From Eledone cirrhosa (Eukaryota): a stretch of 64,000 nucleotides of DNA. Of this stretch, positions 1-13,648 are shown in pieces. A program made the position numbers and the translations under genes. The stretch lies in NCBI GenBank assembly GCA_964016885.1, contig OZ024740.1:442370001-442434000 (forward strand), in the 5' to 3' direction. The notes beneath the pieces are model-generated. The model worked only from the letters and a program-made list of their open reading frames with translations, was not told where the DNA came from and made no database searches. Every line of letters begins with the position of its first letter. Position 1 is the stretch's first letter.

Positions 1-42
<42 letters not shown>

Positions 43-46
<4 letters not shown>

Positions 47-269
47 AAAACCACAGACTCTCAGATGTGAGAAAAACCTCAGACCCTCCATCTCAACTCT
101 ACTTTTGAAAAGCAGAAGAACTGCGAAACCGGTAAAGGAACCAAATAAATATATATATTTTTTTAAAAAATAAGACTCCAGTTGCATTTTCGATTTCATC
201 TTTTTTTCTTTATACTTTCACTCGTGTAGGACACTACGGTTATTTTTCATTGTGTAAAAAAAACCTCAC

Positions 270-277
<8 letters not shown>
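43..277 (+). mobile_element. Short non-coding PLE-type terminal element (family H) carrying a hammerhead, between (TA)n tracts
   Basis: Flanked by (TA)n at 1-42 and 278-336. Contains an HHR motif at 102-137 followed by AATAAA. Clearly homologous to 26131-26370. Confidence 0.65.
102..137 (+). ncRNA. Minimal type I hammerhead ribozyme, U3-A8 core variant
   Basis: CTT-TTGAAAA-GCAG(AAGAA)CTGC-GAAAC-CG-GTA-AAG: stem I CTT/AAG, stem II GCAG/CTGC, palindromic stem III ACCGGT, GUA cleavage triplet. Confidence 0.7.
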
Positions 278-339
<62 letters not shown>

Positions 340-1712
340 TGGAAAATGTGCGCGATCCTTGGTACAGTTAGGTATATTTGAAAAAAAGGAAAAGATTGAC
401 TTCACTTGTAGTGTTAAACATTTTTTATGATTTAATATTATAATATAATATTATAATATTATGAGTTGGTATATATATATACACCAGGCATATGTAAATG
501 ATGACACTTATATGCCATACATATTTAAATGATGACACTTATATGCCAGACATATCTAATTGATAATATTTATACCAGTCATATATTGTGGTCCATTCAG
601 TCTCTCCTTTCCTCTACTACTAATTTCTGATATTGTTAACATAAGAAATTATAACTAGTTTATATATAATTTGTGAGATCCATAATATTTAGTAGTAAAG
701 AAACATTACATACATCAATGGATATTCGTTTTGTTTATATTGATCAAACGAGGTGTAGAAATTATACTTTATAGTTTTCTAGAACTGAAAATAGAAACTA
801 AGCCGTAACTGTTTTTAAAGGAAACTTCAAAACATATATGTGTTTTCTATTATAAGGGTCTTTATAAGTCTGTGGTTGACCAGTGTCTATATATGTTAGT
901 CAAAACATATATGTGTTTTCTATTATCAATTTTAAGGGTTCTTATTGTTTATTTAAAGATTCACTTCTTTAAAATTTTCAAATGTCAACACTTCTGGTTA
1001 GCGTTCGCTTAAATAAACATTTATATATTTCCGTCACTAATTTTATCCTAATGCAGTTTATATATAATATCGTCTTTTTTTAAGGTATGGATTACGTTAC
1101 TGAGTACATAAGACAGTGTAACACAGTCTTCGTTCAATTTCTGTCTATATTGTCAATTACGATTTTATTTGATGTATCATATCTACATGTATATATACTT
1201 GCGTATGATATCAATATGCACACTACACAGGCTGGTTTTTCTGCTAGTTTTTTCTAATAACGATACAACATAACTTTAAAGTAGACGGACTCTTTCTGTT
1301 TGTGAATCCCTCCAATGGCGGAAAGAGTCTATATCCAAAATGGTTGCGACTTGTGTATGTTTTGGTAGTTGGTCAAAGGACAATTATTTATATATTTAAT
1401 TATCTTGCTTTAATATAACCTTTCGTTTTCTTTAGAGTTGTTGAGCCGCCGATTTCGGTATCCACTTCAGAATTTCAACCTACTTATGATTTCAAGTAAT
1501 TTTCTCTTCATTAATTTGACAGACAATTCAATTTGACAGCTATAGTTTAATAATTCATAGTTATACTATTGAGACGGATCAATTGTTTAGATTGCGTGTG
1601 TAGTTAGTCTAAACTTTATTCTTCTTCATAAGGTTGATGTTGATTTTCACAAAGACTTCACCTCAACTGCTATTTTACAATTTGAATTCAAAAGGTCATT
1701 TTTACTTTTTGA

Positions 1713-1744
<32 letters not shown>

Positions 1745-2343
1745 GTAGCCACAAAAAACAGCTTACAATATGATTCCGTTGAAACAAAGGGTGACCTTAT
1801 CATTTTAAAATGACCAGGGAATATAAAACAGAATCACAAAGTATCATTTTTCAAATATTTAATGACAAAATTAACCTCTGAACCTTCAGCTTTTGTAATT
1901 CAGTAAAATGTCAATTAATTAACATTTTTCTAAATATTTTTCCGTTTTGTTTTTATCTTTCCTCAAAGGAAAAATATATGGCATCTAATTTAATTCTAAT
2001 TGTTAATTCCAAAGACTTCTGTGTGCTGTTGCTTTTAACGTATTTGTTTTAAAACTTTTAAGAGTATCTTCACTCTGAATATATGAGATAGTATAAGATC
2101 TTATACAATATATAATATTAACAGATGAAGTTTAAAATATATTAAGAAAGGCAAAGGGAGTAGAGTTGATTATACTCATAAGTCCACATATTAAGATAAA
2201 GTATTATGACATTAATCTTAGATAATGTCGGATGTCTTACTATAGACTATCGTTGACTTCGATATAATTTGTGAAATCAACACATATTTGGATTGCTGCT
2301 TTCGTCTCTTACAATCTATTGACCCACAGATAGAGAGATAATT

Positions 2344-2438
<95 letters not shown>

Positions 2439-2547
2439 GTAGATTGATAGGTTGATAGATAGGTAGAGAGTGTTATATATAGATAGGTAGAAATAAATAA
2501 ATAAATATAGCTAACTATATATATATATATAGAGAGAGAAAGAGAGA

Positions 2548-4543
2548 TAAATAGATATATTTCTTTATTTGCCACAAGGGCGCAAAAAGATGGGGACAAA
2601 TACAGAGTGGGGAGTTTACATACATGCGTATAAAAAAATAGAATTAATAAAAATAACAAATAACAAATAACAATTAACAATTGAAATCCCCAACACATGG
2701 GTTGTACACACCCCGAAAACATGTACAACCCTCATCTCCAGGAGCACGTAGAGTGAGCGCTCCTTTCCTCCCTTCCTCTTTTTCCTCAACCTACAGGTTT
2801 ATATAAAGCGAAGGCCCAACCACTCGGGCCAACCTTGCCACATTCACCCACCTTTCGTAAAATTTGCTGGGGTACAGCTCCTCTCTCTCCACTCTGATTC
2901 TTCTTCTAAAATGATATTTGAAGAAGCGAACAAGTTGTTCGCCGGAGAGAAAGGTGTCTGACCTCAGCCCTTTCAGTCTCATCCGCCATATAGCCTCTTT
3001 CACCATAGCTGTTACACATAGGAAAACCGCCTCTCCTTCGTTTTTGAAGGAAAGTGGCGGTTTGATCACAGTAATGGACTCGGTGGTCAACCGGATTTGT
3101 CCCTCCCGCGACAGTAGTCGTTCTGCATAGCTCCACAGGTCGGTAACGCCCGGGCAGTGTACGAATGCGTGCGCGACGGTTTCTTCGTCCCGCACGCATC
3201 TCGGACAGATCTTTTTCGAGGGATCCCTTCCCAGGCGCCCGTGTCTGTAGAGCTTGTCTCGAACTGGTAGAGCTCCTCGGTAGCACTGCCAGGCCAGGAT
3301 CTTTTGGAAGTTGTCCATCGGTCCCGGGCGGAATGTTCTACAGAACAGACTGGCCAGTTCGTCTTGCTCTACGCCTAGAGTTTCTCCGAGAGTGTCGTCG
3401 CACTTGCTGCGGACTAACCCTTTATAGAATGACGAGGTGGAGTCTCCACTGATCGCCGGGTTCGTTTGACAGAGGACTTGAGCGCCTGAGCACATTCAAT
3501 GTGCCAGTCGCCGATTTCCTTGCTTGACCCAGGACTGGAGCTCGGTCAGCGAGACGAGTCGTGGGAAGGCTCGCCTCACGAACGGGACCCACACCGGTTG
3601 TTCGGTGAGGAACACGTGGAGGTGCCGCAGCCTGAGTGCGTGTTTGCGCATCGTCAGCCACGGCATTCCCAGCCCTCCGTTTGAAGGGTGTTGACAGCAG
3701 ATGGATCTTCTCACCAAAGGAGCCCGTTTCTTCCAAAGGAATTGGAAGAGCGCGCGCTCCATTTTGGTGAGCGTTTTACTTGGACAAGACACGACGGTCA
3801 AGCGGTAGTAGATGAAGGACGCTATGAAAGCGTTCACCACCTCCGCTCGACTTTTCAAGGATAGTTTGTACTCGGCCCACTTCTGGGCGAGCGCAAACAC
3901 CTTGGCCGTCACCTTGTTTTAGTTTTTCTCCACCTGGAGTTCCTGTCCGAACCAGACCCCGAGCAGCTTCACCGGTCCTTCAGTCCAGCGTCCGACGACG
4001 CCGTCGGAAGGCATCGGTTTGCCTCTCCATGATCCGAGTTGCAAACCGACGGACTTGTCCCGATTCAGCTTCGCTCCTGTGAACCTTTCGTATTCCTTCA
4101 GTAAGGTGTCGACTTCCTCGATTTGCGAGGTGCTCGACACCATTACTGCTACGTCGTCGGTGTAGGCCGGCGCCGCTTTCCGCAGTCCCGGTTCTAGAGG
4201 GATGCCATGCAATAGCTCCAACTTCCGTAGAAGTGGCTCGAGAGTCAGTACGTACAGAAGGGAGGAGAGAGGGCATCCATGTCGGATGGATCGTGTGATT
4301 TGGAACGGCTCCGAGAGGTAGCCATTCACCTTGACCCTTGAGCAGATGTTGCTGCTGTGTATTGCAGCAATCCCGCCCCTGAACACGGGTCCGAAGCCTG
4401 CCGCCGCGAGCACCGCATCCAGGTAACGATGGTCGACTCTATGGAATGCCTTTGACTTATCCAAATTTATCAGTGCCCCACCGAAGCCGGGTTCACACCC
4501 CACCCTCTCTACGATGTATCGCATGAGGTGGAGGTTGTCGTGT
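2548..4543 (-). mobile_element. Tx1-clade non-LTR retrotransposon, 5'-truncated copy A (RT C-half + C-terminal zinc-binding region, with stops)
   Basis: ORFs 3919-4543, 3496-3912 and 2791-3495 give LDKSKAFHRVDH, IRHGCPLS, AYTDDV, CPRC...ETVAHAFVHC. The 3' UTR ends GGCAAATAAAGAAATATATCTATTTATC. Confidence 0.9.
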
Positions 4544-4546
4544 ATG

Positions 4547-5709
4547 GATAGATAAATAGATATGTTTCTTTTATTTGCCACTAGGGCATCAAAAGTGGGA
4601 CAAGTACAAAGGGGGGAGTTTACACAAAAAGGCGTCCTCAATAAGGAGGAGGCAATAACAAAATATAAAAATAAAATAAGATATAACAAAAAATAAAATT
4701 TTTAACAAAATCCTCAATAGAGAGGAGGCGGCTTGGGGGGTCGCACACACCCCCGAAAAAAGTGTGCAACCCTTTTCCTCAGGAGCACAGAGAGGGGGTG
4801 CTCCCTCGTTCCTTCCTCTTTTCCACCTACAGGCTTATGTAAAGAGAAGGCCCATTCACACGGGCCATTCTCGCCACTTTCACCCACCTTTCATAAAAAC
4901 GACTGGGGTGCAGCACCTCTCTCTCCATCCTGATCCTTCTTCCGAAATGATATCGGAAGAAACGGACCAGTTGTTGGCCAGAGAGAAAGGTGCCTGACCT
5001 CAGTCCTTTCAGACGCGTCCACCATACAACCTCTTTCGCCATGGCTATTACGCACAGAAACACCGCCTCTGCTTCATCTTTGAAGGGGGGAGGCGGCTTG
5101 ATCATTACAATAGACTCGGTGGTCAACCGGATCGGTCCCACCCTTGACAGCAGTTGTTCGACATAGCCCCACAGATCGGCTACGCCCGAGCAGTGTACCA
5201 ATGCGTGTGCAACGGTTTCCTCGTCGCACACGCATCTGGGACAGATCTTTTTGGCGGGGTCCCTACCCGGGCGCCCGTGTCTGTAGAGCCTTTCTCGAAC
5301 GGGTAAAGCCCCTCGGTAGCACTGCCAGGCCAGGGACTTCTGGAAGTTGTCCATAGGTCCCGGGCTGAATGTCCTACCGAACAGGCTGGCCAGTTCGTCC
5401 TCCTCCATGTCTAGGGCTTCTCCGAGGGCGTCGTCGCACCTGCTGCGTACCAGCCCTCTATAGAATGTTGCGGTGGAGTCTCCACTGATAACCGGATCCG
5501 CCTGCCAGAGGGCCGTGAGCGCCTGGGCACACTCAGTGTGCCAGGCGCCCAGTTTTCTCGGTCTTTGCTTGACCCAGGATTGCAGCTCGGTGAGTGAGAC
5601 GAGTCTGGGAAAGGTTCGTCTCACAAACGAGGCCCACACCGGTTGTCCGGTGAGGAATACGTAGAGGTGCCGTAGCCTTAATGCGTGTTTACGCATCATT
5701 AGCCACGGA
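4547..5709 (-). mobile_element. Tx1-clade retrotransposon, 5'-truncated copy B (ORF2 C-terminus + 3' UTR)
   Basis: ORF 4827-5709 (PWLMMRKHALRL...CPRCVCDEETVAHALVHC). TATC repeats lie on both sides (5710-5748 and 4547-4562). Confidence 0.9.
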
Positions 5710-5869
5710 TAGATAAATAGATAGATAGATAGACAGATGGATAGATAAATTGGTAGCTTTGTTAGCCAATGAAGCAATATCTAAACCATACTCCTCCTGC
5801 TTACCATAGTATACTTACTTATGGTGCTTGTCCACAGTTATATGGCTCTAGCCAGCAAGACCTAAATTT

Positions 5870-8800
5870 CTTGGTCAAAGGTAAAGACAGTACCATTTAC
5901 AGGATACAATGGAGTTACGCTTCAAAATCAACCGCGTCCTGTTAAAATGTTTCTCCACCCACCCAAATGGAGATAGAACAACCCGATCTCCAGGAAACGA
6001 AAAGGTAAGTGCACCTTTTCGTCCTTTTTCACCAACTCTTCTCCACCAACATGGCTAGTTTACGAGTTGCAAGCGTGAATGTGCGTGAACTAGGGATGCC
6101 CTGGAAACAGGGCCAACTTTTAAACGACCTTAGGTCACACGGTATGGATGTGATAGCCATCACCAATCCAGGATCCACAACAGGCAGCAACTAACTCCCC
6201 ATCTTCAATGACTTTGAGATCTACGTATGTCTCTGTCAGCCAGGAGGTGGAGGGGGGAGTGGCTGTCATGTTTCGGAAAAACCTGGACGTCGAAGTACAG
6301 CAAGTACACTTGGACCCGGAGGGTAGACTGGTAGTCCGAGACATGAACAGTATTGGAGGTGGAGCCTTCAGACTGGTGGCCGTTTATGCCCCGACCAGGC
6401 AATCGCAATCGCGGCCAGACTTCTTTAAGCGTCTAGAGTCTTTTCTGGGAACATCTCGCTCCTTACTTTTAGTGGGGGACTGGAATGGTATCCTAGATGC
6501 ATGATGGGACTATGTGGGAGCCAGTCCCAGTAGAGGGGGTGCAACAACCTCAAAAATCTAATCGGCCAATTCCAACTGGCCAATAGATATCGACTAGATT
6601 TCCCGACTGCACCACAGTGGACGTGGGCAAACCGCAGCGGGACATCTAGATCGTATTTAGATAAGTTTTTCATTAGAAAGAAGGACAAGAAGATGTTAAA
6701 CTGTCCACAAATGCACATGGTTGCCTATTCAGACCACAAACTAGTCATCTGCATAGTCAACCGTGATAGAATACATAGACAAGGACCCGGATACTGGAAG
6801 CTGAACGTGTTGCTACCGACACGTAAAGCCTAAAGTGAACGGATAAGTAGATTAGTTAAGCAACAATTGACGGGAGCCATCGTCAACAACAGATGGTGGT
6901 ACTCCCTCAAGAAAGCAATTAGAGTAGAGTCGATAGACTTTAGCAGAGAGTTAGCCTTAGAGAGAAACAAAACAGAAACGGAACTAGTAGCCAAGGTAGA
7001 GGAGGTACTTAGGAGTGACAACGTAGCTAGAGTGCTAGCAACGAGAACGGCACTGGACCAGTTCTTCAACGCGAAACACGAAGGCTGCGTGGTCAGAAGT
7101 AAATCACGTGCTCTAGGAAACGACGGAGAGAAAGCTGTTAGCTGGGCCCGAGTGGCAGAGGCGAAAAGTGGCAACAAGTCCACGATTCGGTCTTTGAAAG
7201 ACCAAAACGGACGCGTACTACTTGACCCCAAGCGGATGTGCGCGGCCTTTCAGCAGCACTTTGCGCAACTGTTCGGGCAGAGTGGTGGTGCGTCGAATGG
7301 GGCAATGGACTTCGGTACATACCTCGACGGCCTGCCGCGTCTCTCGAGCATGGACGCAAATCACCCGGTCTAGATGGTCTACCCTATGAGTATTTACATA
7401 GGCATGCCGGACTTGTTCTCTGGCGTCCTCGAGGCCATCTACTGCAACTGGCAGCAGAACGGGAGAATTCCCAGTTCTGCAGGCAAGGGCGTAGTAACGC
7501 TGATCAGGAAAGACAAGAACAAGGGGGACGAAATAAATAATTTCAGGCCCATAACTCTTCTCAACACAGAGTTAAAGATTTTGGCCAAGGTGTTGGCAAC
7601 GAGGTTGGCGCTTGTTGTCGAGAACCTGGTAGGGAAAGCGCAAACGTGTGCAATCCCGACCTGGTCCCCACACGTCAACCTCCACCTCATGCGATACATC
7701 ATAGAGAGGGTGGGTGTAAACCCGGCTTTGGTGGGGCTCTGATCAATTTAGATCAGTCTAAGGCGTTCGATAGGGTCGACCATCGATACTTGGAAGCGGT
7801 TCTCAAGGCGGCCGGTTTCGGACCCGTCTTCAGAGGCTGGATCGCGGCAATGCACACCAACATCTGCTCGATGGTCAAGGTGAACGGCTACCTATCGGAA
7901 CCGTTCGCAATCACGCATTCCATCCGACAGGCATGCCCTCTCTCCTCCATTCTGTACGTATTGACTCTAGAGCCACTACTGCGGAAGCTGAAGCTGCTGC
8001 AGGGTATTCCGTTGGAACCGGGACTGCAGAAAGTGGCGTCAGCTTATGCCGACGACGTAACGGTAATCGTGTCGGAAGCCTCCGAAATCGGGGCGATCGG
8101 AAACTTACTGCAGTAGTATGAAAGGCACACAGGAGCAAAACTGAACCCGGACAAATCTGTCGGTTTGCAACTCGGAATGTGGAGAGTCGTCGGACGCTGG
8201 ACGGACGGACCGGTGAAATTGCTCGGGGTCTGGTTCGGTCCGGACCTCCAGGTGGAGAAAAACTGTAACGAGGTCACGGTCAAGGTATTTGCGCTCACCC
8301 AGAAATGTGCAGAGTGAAAAATATCCTTGAAAGGACGAGCGGAGGTGGCAAACACTTACATAGCGTCCTTCATCTACTACCACTTGACCGTCGTGCCTTG
8401 TCCCTGTGAACACCTCACCAAGATGGAACACATGCTCTTCCAGTTCCTTTGGAAGAAACCGGCTCCACTGCTGAGGAGATTCGTCTGCTGTCAGCACCCC
8501 GAGGGCTGGGAATGCCGTGGCTGATGATGCGCAAGTATGCACTGAGGCTACGTCATCTACAGGTATTCCTCACCGACCCCCGACCGGTGTAGGCACCATT
8601 TGTGAGACAGGCCTTCCCGCAACTTGTCTCGCTGACGGAGCTGCAGTCCTGGGTCAAGCGAAGACCGAATAAGATGGGCGCCTGGCACATTGAATGCGCT
8701 CAGGCGCTCACAGTCCTCTGTCAATTGGGCACGACAATCAGTGGAGACTCCACTTCGACATTCTGTAGAGGGTTAGTACGTCACAAGGGCGACGACGTGC

Positions 8801-9576
8801 TCGGAGAGACTCTAGGCGTCGAAGACGACGAACTCACCAGTCTGTTTGGTAGGACTTTCCGCCCAGGACCCATGGACAACTTCCAGAGCTCCCTGGCCTG
8901 GTAGTGCTACCGAGGAGCTCTACCCGTTCGAGATAAGATCTACAGGCACGGACGCCCCGGCAGGTATCCTTCCAAGAGGACGTATCCAAGATGCGAGCTG
9001 GACATTGAAACCGTCTTGCACGCAATTGTACACTACCCGGGAGTAAGTGACCTGTGAAACTATGTAGAACAACTGCTGTCGCGTATGGGAAAAATCCAGT
9101 TGATTGCCGAGTCCATAGTAAGGATCAAACCGCCAACTTCTTTCAAAAACGAAAGAGGCGGTTTTCCTCTGTATAGTGGCTATGGTGAAAGAGGTTATAT
9201 GGTGGACGAGATTGAGAGGACTGAGGACAGATGCCTTTCTCTCCGGACAACAACTCATTCCCTTCTTTAGATACCACTTTAGAAGGAGAATCAGAGTGGA
9301 GGGAGAGGCACTGCACCCCAGGAAATTTACTGAAAGGTCGGTGAATGTTGCAAAAATGGCCGAGTGATTGGGCCTTCTCTGTATATAAACCAGTAGGTTG
9401 AAGAAGAGAGCAAAAGGAAGAAAGGAGCACTTGAACAACACGCTCCTGAAGTTGAGGGTTGTTCTATCGATGGGGTATTAAACAAACCATTTGTGGCGCC
9501 TGCTCCCTATTGGGGAATCCCCGGAATGTCTTTGTTGTGTCCCCTTTTGTTGTGCGCCCTTGTGGCTAATAAAGAA

Positions 9577-9610
<34 letters not shown>
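5870..9610 (+). mobile_element. Tx1-clade retrotransposon, older degenerate copy C (ORF1 tail + whole ORF2 with many stops/frameshifts)
   Basis: ORF2 starts at ATG 6051 (MASLRVASVNVR). APE motifs LVGDWNGILD, SDHKLV and RT motifs [17 protein letters not shown] are present. Ends AATAAAGAAA(TCTA)n at 9568-9610. The 5' boundary is approximate. Confidence 0.88.
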
Positions 9611-12414
9611 TTGAAGGAAAGGGAGTTGGTAGATAGTGTAGAAGAGGCAATTAGAAGCGGCGACGTGGCCAGAGTGCTAGCGTCGAGAACGGCCCTGGGC
9701 CAGTTCTTCGACGCGAAACACGAAGGCTGCATCGTCCGAAGCAAAATACGTGCTCTGGGAAAGGAGGGGACCAAAGCTGTTAGCTGGGCCCGCGTGGCAG
9801 AAGCTAAAAGAGGGAGCAGATCCACTATCCGGTCTTTGCGAGACCAGGATGGACGGGTGATCCTTGAACCTAAGCAGATGTGCGAGGCTTTTCAAAAGCA
9901 CTTTGCCAGATTGTTCGGAAGGGGCGGGGGGCCGGTTGGGGATGTGGACTTCGGTCCATACCTCGACGGCCTGTTGTGTCTCTCGGACAGGGAGGCGAAG
10001 TCCTGCGAGGAGCCGATTTCAGCCGCTGAGATAGAGGACGTGCTGAGCCAATGCGGCAAACGCAAATCCCCGGGTCTCGATGGTCTTCCATACGAACTAT
10101 ATCTAGCTATGCCGGACTTGCTCCTCGATCTCCTCGAGGCGGTCTACTGCAACTGGCAACAGAACGGGAGAATTCCCTGTGCTGTGACCAAGGGCGTAGT
10201 CACGCTAGTGAGGAAGGACGAGAACAAGGGGGACGATATAAATAATTTCAGGCCCATAACTCTGCTAAATACAGAGTTACAGATTTTGGCCAAGGTGCTA
10301 GCAAAGAGGTTGGCGCTTGTCGTGGGCAACCTGGTGGGAGATCCGCAGACATGTGCTATCCCGTCCAGGTCCATCCACGACAACCTCCACCTCATGCGAT
10401 ACATCATAGAGAGCGTTGGGAACGAACCCGGCTTTGGTGGGGCCCTGATCGACTTGGATCAATCTAAGGCATTCGATAGGGTCGACCATGGTTACCTGGA
10501 TGCGGTGCTAGCGGCGGCAGGTTTCGGACCCGTTTTCAGGGACTGAATCAATGCCATGCACAGCAGCCGCATCTGCTCTAGGGTCAAGGTGAACAGCTAC
10601 CTCTCGGAGCCGTTCGAAATCGCGCGGTACATCCGACAGGGGTGCCCTCTCTCCTCCCTTCTGTATGTAATGACTCTAGAGCCACTGCTGCGGAAGTTGG
10701 AGTTGTTGCAGGGCATCCCGTTGGAACCGGGATTGCGGAAAGCGGTGTCAGCCTACGCCGATGACGTAACAGTAATGGTGTCGACGGCCTTGGAAATCGG
10801 GGCGATCGGCACCTTACTGGAGGAGTACGAAAGGTTTACAGGGGCTAAGCTGAACCGGGACAAGTCGATCGGTCTGCAACTCGGCACGTGGAGGGGCAGA
10901 TCGATGCCCTCCGATGGCGTCGTCGGGCGCTGGACGGAGGGCCCGGTGAAGTTGCTCGGGGTCTGGTTCGGACCAGACCTCCAGGTGGAGAAGAACTGGG
11001 GTGAGGTAACGAACAGGGTGTTTGCACTGACCCAGAAGTGGGCCGAGTGCAAACTGTCTCTGAAAGGTCGGGCGGAGGTGGGGAACACTTATATAGCGTC
11101 CGTCATCTACTACCGCCTGACCGTTGTGCCTTGCCCAAGGGAAACGCTCGCCAAAATGGAGCGCGCACTCTTCCAATTCCTTTGGAAGAAGCGGGCTCCT
11201 ATGGCGAGGAGATCCATCTGCTGTCAACACCCTTCGAAAGGAGGGCTGGGGATGCCGTGGCTAATGATACGTAAACACGCATTAAGGCTACGGCACCTTC
11301 AGGCATTCCTCTCCGGTCAACCGGTGTGGGCCCCGTTTGTGAGGCGAGCCTTTCCCAGACTCGTCTCACTCACCGAGCTGCAATCCTGGGTCAAGCAAAG
11401 ACCGAGAAAACTGGGCGCCTGGCACACCGAGTGTGCCCAGGCGCTCACGGCTCTCTGGCAGGCGGACCCGGCTGTCAGTGGAGAATCCACCTCGTCATTC
11501 TATAGAGGGCTGGTGGTTAGCAGGTGCGATGACGCCCTCGGAGAAGCCCTAGGCATGGAGGAAGACGAACTGGCCAACCTGTTCGGTAGGACATTCAGCC
11601 GGGACCCATGGATAACTTCCAGAGGTCCCTGGCCTGGCAATGCTACAGAAGGGCTCTGCCCGTTCGAGAAAGGCTCTACAGACACGGGCGCCCGGGTAGG
11701 GACCCATCGAAAAAGATCTGTCCCAGATGCGTGTGCGACGAGGAAATCGTTGCACACGCATTGGTACACTGCTCGGGCATTGCCGATCTGTGGGGCTATG
11801 TCGAACAACTGCTGTCAAGGGTGGGACCGATCCGGTTGACCACCGAGTCTATTGTAACGATCAAGCCGCCTCCCCTCTTCAAAAACGAAGGAGAGGCGGT
11901 GTTTCTGTGCGTAATAGCCATGGCGAAAGAGGTTGTATGGGGGACGCGTCTGAAAGGACTGAGGTCAGACACCTTTCTCTCTGGCCAACAACTGGTCCGT
12001 TTCTTCCGATATCATTTCGGAAGAAGAATCAGGATGGAGAGAGAGGTGCTGCACCCCAGCCGTTTTTATGAAAGATGGGTGAAAGTGGCGAGAATGGCCC
12101 GTGTGAATGGGCCTTCATTCTACATCAGACTATAGGTGAGGAAGATGAAAGACCAAGGGAGCACCCCTTCTCTGTGCTCCTGAGGAGAAGGGTTGCACAC
12201 TTTTTTTCGGGGGTGTGTGCGACCCCCCACGGCGCCTCCTCTCTATTGAGGACTTTGTTATAAATTTTATTTTTTGGTATATTTTATTTTATTTTTATAT
12301 ATTGTTATTGCCTCCTCCTTATTGAGGACGCCTTGTTTTGTAAACTCCCCCCATTGTACTTGTCCCACTTTTGATGCCCTGGTGGCAAATAAAAGAAACA
12401 TATCTATTTATCTA
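9611..12414 (+). mobile_element. Tx1-clade retrotransposon, 5'-truncated copy D
   Basis: Begins directly after the (TCTA)n tail of copy C. RT motifs KSPGLDG, FRPITLLN, QGCPLS, AYADDV and a C-terminal CPRC/HC are present. The 3' UTR ends AATAAAAGAAACATATCTATTTATCTA. Confidence 0.92.
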
Positions 12415-12598
12415 CCTGGAGATGAGGGTTGTACAGTTTTTCGGGGTGTGTACAACCCCTGTGTAATACCTCCCCCCTATTGGAGATATCAATTGCTATT
12501 TGTTATTTTATTAATAGTTTTATTTTCATATACCTGTATGTAAAGTCCCATTTGTATTTGTCCACTTCTTTTTTGCCTTTGTGGCTAATAAAGAAATG

Positions 12599-12681
<83 letters not shown>

Positions 12682-12700
12682 ATATCCAACTATCTATCTA
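12415..12700 (+). mobile_element. Tx1-clade retrotransposon, 3'-UTR-only copy E with long (TATC)n tail
   Basis: CTGGAGATGAGGGTTGTACAG...GTGTGTACAACCC matches the 3' UTR of copy A. (TATC)n runs 12598-12700. Confidence 0.85.
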
Positions 12701-13444
12701 CCCGTTCGGGACAAGCTCTACAGTCACGGGCGCCCGGGTAGGGACCCTTCGAAGAAGATCTGTCCGAGATGCGTGCGTGACGAGGAAACCGTTGCAAACG
12801 CATTCGTACACTGCCTGGGCGTTGCTGACCTGTGGGGCTATGTGGAACGAATACTGTCGCGGGTGAGACCAATCTGGTTGACCACCGAGTACATTGTCAT
12901 GATCAAACCGCCTCCCCCTTTCAAAAACGAAGGAGAGGCGGTTTTCCTCTGTGTGATAGCTATAGCGAAAGAGGTTGTATGGTGGACGAGGTTGAAAGGG
13001 CTGAGGTCAGACACCTTTCTCTCCGGCCAACAACTGGTCCTTTTTTTCAAGTACCCCTTTAGAAGAAGGATCAGAATGGAGAGAGAGGTGCTCTACCCCA
13101 GCAAGTTTTATGAAAGGTGGGTGAAAGTGGCGAGGATGGCCCGAGTGAATGGGCCTTCTCTCTATATAAGCCTGTAGGTGAGAGAGGAGAAGAAGGAAGA
13201 GAGGAAGGGAGCACCCGCTCTTTGTGCTCCTGAAGAGGAGGGTTGCACATTTTTTTCGGGGGTGTGTGCGACCTATGTCAACGTCCCCTCCCTATTGAGG
13301 ACTTCGATTGTTAAATTTAATTTATGTTTTTTTACACGTCTTTTGAAATGTATGTAAACTCCCCCCCCCCTTGTATTTGTCCCAATCTTTGATGCCCTGG
13401 TGGCAAATAAATAGAAAATTATCTATCTATCTATCTATCTATCT
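12701..13444 (+). mobile_element. Tx1-clade retrotransposon, 5'-truncated copy F
   Basis: ORF2 C-terminus PVRDKLYSHG...NGPSLYISL* ends 13177, followed by the 3' UTR and a (TATC)n tail at 13420-13444. Confidence 0.9.
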
Positions 13445-13648
13445 TGATAGAGTAAGACACGCTTCACATCGGCTCCGCTATTCCATCAGGATTTACCCTT
13501 ACTATTGTAAGTACCGGATAAATTTTTGAGTGCAAGACATTTGGAACACTAACCCCTGTTATTTAGGGAAACATTTTTGCATTTACCCCCTTTTTAGGGG
13601 GTAAAATAAATATCTATTTTTTTGCCGAAAAATTTCTTTCTTGGCAGC

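Noticed and set aside
1288-1329. Isolated hairpin GACTCTTTCTGTT...GGCGGAAAGAGTC
   Set aside because: Too short for a pre-miRNA, single copy, and no recognisable family motif.
3919-13177. ORFs with hydrophobic or YLSI-repeat N-termini fused to RT fragments (3919-4689, 4827-5777, 9491-10546, 12581-13177)
   Set aside because: Chance read-through from a neighbouring 3' UTR or (TATC)n tail into a truncated Tx1 copy.
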